DNA from: the human T2T-CHM13v2.0 reference genome, Homo sapiens
DNA length: 64,000 nucleotides
Reading direction: 5' to 3' (one strand)
Assembly: GCF_009914755.1 (NCBI RefSeq)
Contig: NC_060941.1
The notes under the pieces are model-generated. The model ran no database searches and was not told where the DNA came from. It was given only the letters and a program-made list of their open reading frames with translations. Positions 61,575-64,000 of the stretch are shown piece after piece; positions within the stretch are counted from its first letter, which is position 1; each line of letters begins with the position of its first letter. The translations under genes were made by a program, and so were the position numbers.

Positions 61575-64000
61575 CATTTTTAAAAATATTAAACATTTAG
61601 GTTCAGGGGTACATATGCAGGTTTGTTACGTAGGTAAATTTTGTGTCATAGAGGTTTGGTGTACAGATTATTTTGTCACCCAGGTGATAAGCAGGTTTCT
61701 TGATAGGTAGTTTGTTTTGATCCCCACTCTCCTCCCACCCTCCACCCTCAAGTACGCCTCAGTGTCTGTTGTTCCCTTCCTTGTGTCCAGTTATAAGTTA
61801 AAACACGTAGTCTTTAGTTTTCTGTTCCTGCATTAGTTCGCTTAGGATAATGGCCTCCAGCCCCATCCATGTTGCTGCAAAGGACATGACCTTTTTTTTA
61901 ATGGCTATGTAGTATTCCATGATGTATACGTACCACATTTTCTTTATCCAGTCTACCATTGATGGACATTTAGGTTGATTCCATGTCTTTACTGTTACGA
62001 ATAGTGCTAGGTGAACATATGTGTCCACGTGTCTTTGGGGCAAAACAATTTATGTTCCTTTGGGTATATACCCAATAATGGGATTTCTGGGCTAAATGGT
62101 AGTCCTGTTTTAAGTACTTTGAGAAAATGCCAAACTGTTTTCCCTAGTGGCTGAACTAATTTACGCTCCCACCAGCAGTATATAAGCATTTCCTTTTCTG
62201 TGCAACTTCTCCAGCGGCTGTTATTTTTTGCGGTTTTATTAATAGCCGTTCTGACTGGTATGAGATGGTACCTCAGTGTGGTTTTGATTTGCATTTGTCT
62301 GATGATTAGTGATGTTGAACTTTTTTTCATACGCCTTTTGGCCCTATGTATGTCTTCTTTTGAAAAGTGTCTGCTCATGTCCTTTGTCCACTTTTTAATG
62401 GAGTTGTTTTTTGCGTGTTAATTTGTTTAAGTTCTTTATAGAGTCTGGATATTAGACTTTTGCCAGATGCATAGTTTGCTAGGCCGTATGTTTACTGGGT
62501 TAATAGTTTGTGGGGTTTTTTTCTGTATAGAAGCGCTTTAGTTTAATTAGGTCAGTTTGTTAATTTTTGTTTTTGTTGCAATTGCTTTTGGTTTCTTCAT
62601 CATGAAATCTCTGCCAGGTCGTATGTCCAGAATGGTATTTTTTAGGTTATTTTCCAGGATTTTTATGGTTTTAGGTTTTACATTTAAGTATTTAATCCAT
62701 CTTGAGTTGATTTTTGTATATGATGAAAGGAAGGAGTCCAGTTTCAGTCTTCTGCATATGGCTAGCCAGTTATCTCAGCACCATTTATTGAATATGGAAT
62801 CCTTTCCTCACTGCTTTTGTTGACTTTGTCAAAGGTCAGATGGTGTTGGTGTGTGACTTTATTTCTTGGCTCTCTATTCTGTTCCATTGGTCTGTGTGTC
62901 TGTTTTTGTACCAGAATCATGTTGTTTTGGTTACTGTAGACTCATAATATAGTTTGAAATTAAGTAATGTGATGTCTCCAGCTTTGTACTTTTCGATTAG
63001 GGTTACTTTGGCTATTCGGGCTATTTTTTTGTTTCATATGAATTTTAGAATAGTTTTTTGTAATTATGTGAAAAATTTCATTGGTAGTTAGATAGGAATA
63101 GCATTAAATCTGTAAATTGCTTTGGGGAATATGGTCATTTTAGCAATATTGATTTTTCCTATCCGTGAGCATGGAATGTTTTTCCATTTGTGTCATCTTG
63201 AATTTCTTTCAGTAGCGTTTGTAATTCTCATTATAGAGATGTCTCACTGCCCTGGTTAAGTATATTCCTATGTATTTATTTTTTGTGTGAGGCTGTTGTG
63301 AGTGGGATTACATTCTTGATTTGACTCTCAGCTTGAATGTTGTTGGTGTATAAAAATGCTTCTGATTTTCATACATTGATTTTGTATTCTGAAACTTTGC
63401 TAAAGTTGTTTATCAGATCTAGGAGCCTTGAGGCAGAGACTATTGGGCTTTCTAGGTATAGAATCATATTATCTGCAAACAGGGATAGTTTGACTTCCTG
63501 TCTTCTTATTTGCATGTCTTTTATTTTTTTTCTGTTGCCTGATTGCTCTGGCTAGGACTACCAGAAGTATGTTGAATAGGAGTAGCGAGAGAGGGCATCC
63601 TTATCTTTTTCTGGTTCTCAAAAGGAATGCTTCCAACTTTTACCCATTCAGTATGATGTTGGCTGTAGGTTTGCATAGATGGCTCTTATTATTTTGTGTT
63701 ACGTTCCTTCAGTGCCTAGTTGGTTGAGGTTTTTAACATGAAGGGATGTTGAATTTTATTGAAGAGCCTTTTCTGCATCTATTGAGATAATCGTGTGGTT
63801 TTTGTCTTTAGTTCCGTTTATGTGATGAATCACATTTATTGATTTGCATATATTGAACCAACCTTGCATCCCATGGATAAAGCCTACTTGATTGTGGTGG
63901 GTTAGCTTTTTGATGTGATGATGAATTTGGATTGCCAGTAATCTGTTGAAAATTTTTGGATCTGTGTTCATCAAGGATGTTGGTCTGAAGTTTTCCTTTT
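61575..64000 (-). mobile_element. L1PA15/16-like LINE-1 3' portion, continuing beyond the window
   Basis: ORF2 C-terminal relics (62007-62378, 63756-63974); 3'UTR ggtttggtgtacagattattttgtcacccagg. Confidence 0.9.

Overview
Primate genomic DNA, almost certainly human chr17p13 and probably a non-reference haplotype. It contains the complete TEKT1 (tektin-1) gene on the minus strand: a non-coding exon 1 ending at 36343 and seven coding exons (35067-34878, 24048-23883, 20652-20524, 19996-19853, 17737-17515, 5631-5435, 4922-4715). These join at GT-AG sites into 1257 nt, or 418 aa, including the tektin signature RPNVELCRD. The promoter holds a compact motile-cilia module: a forkhead site, two RFX X-boxes, a half-CRE and an NRF1 site. 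The rest is mostly transposon-derived: a full-length sense-oriented L1PA4-like element in intron 6, an L1PA7-like element that lost about 2.7 kb of ORF2 where an AluY inserted, more than 20 Alus, THE1/MST/MLT/MER34 LTRs, MER2/MER58 DNA transposons and a decayed class I ERV pol. I see no new protein-coding system. The best leads are regulatory or structural: a possible L1-promoter-driven 133-aa C-terminal tektin isoform, an Alu-mediated deletion, an antiparallel LTR-in-LTR fold-back, distal X-boxes and promoter-proximal VNTRs. Repeat subfamily names are from recognition only and boundaries are approximate unless a TSD is given.
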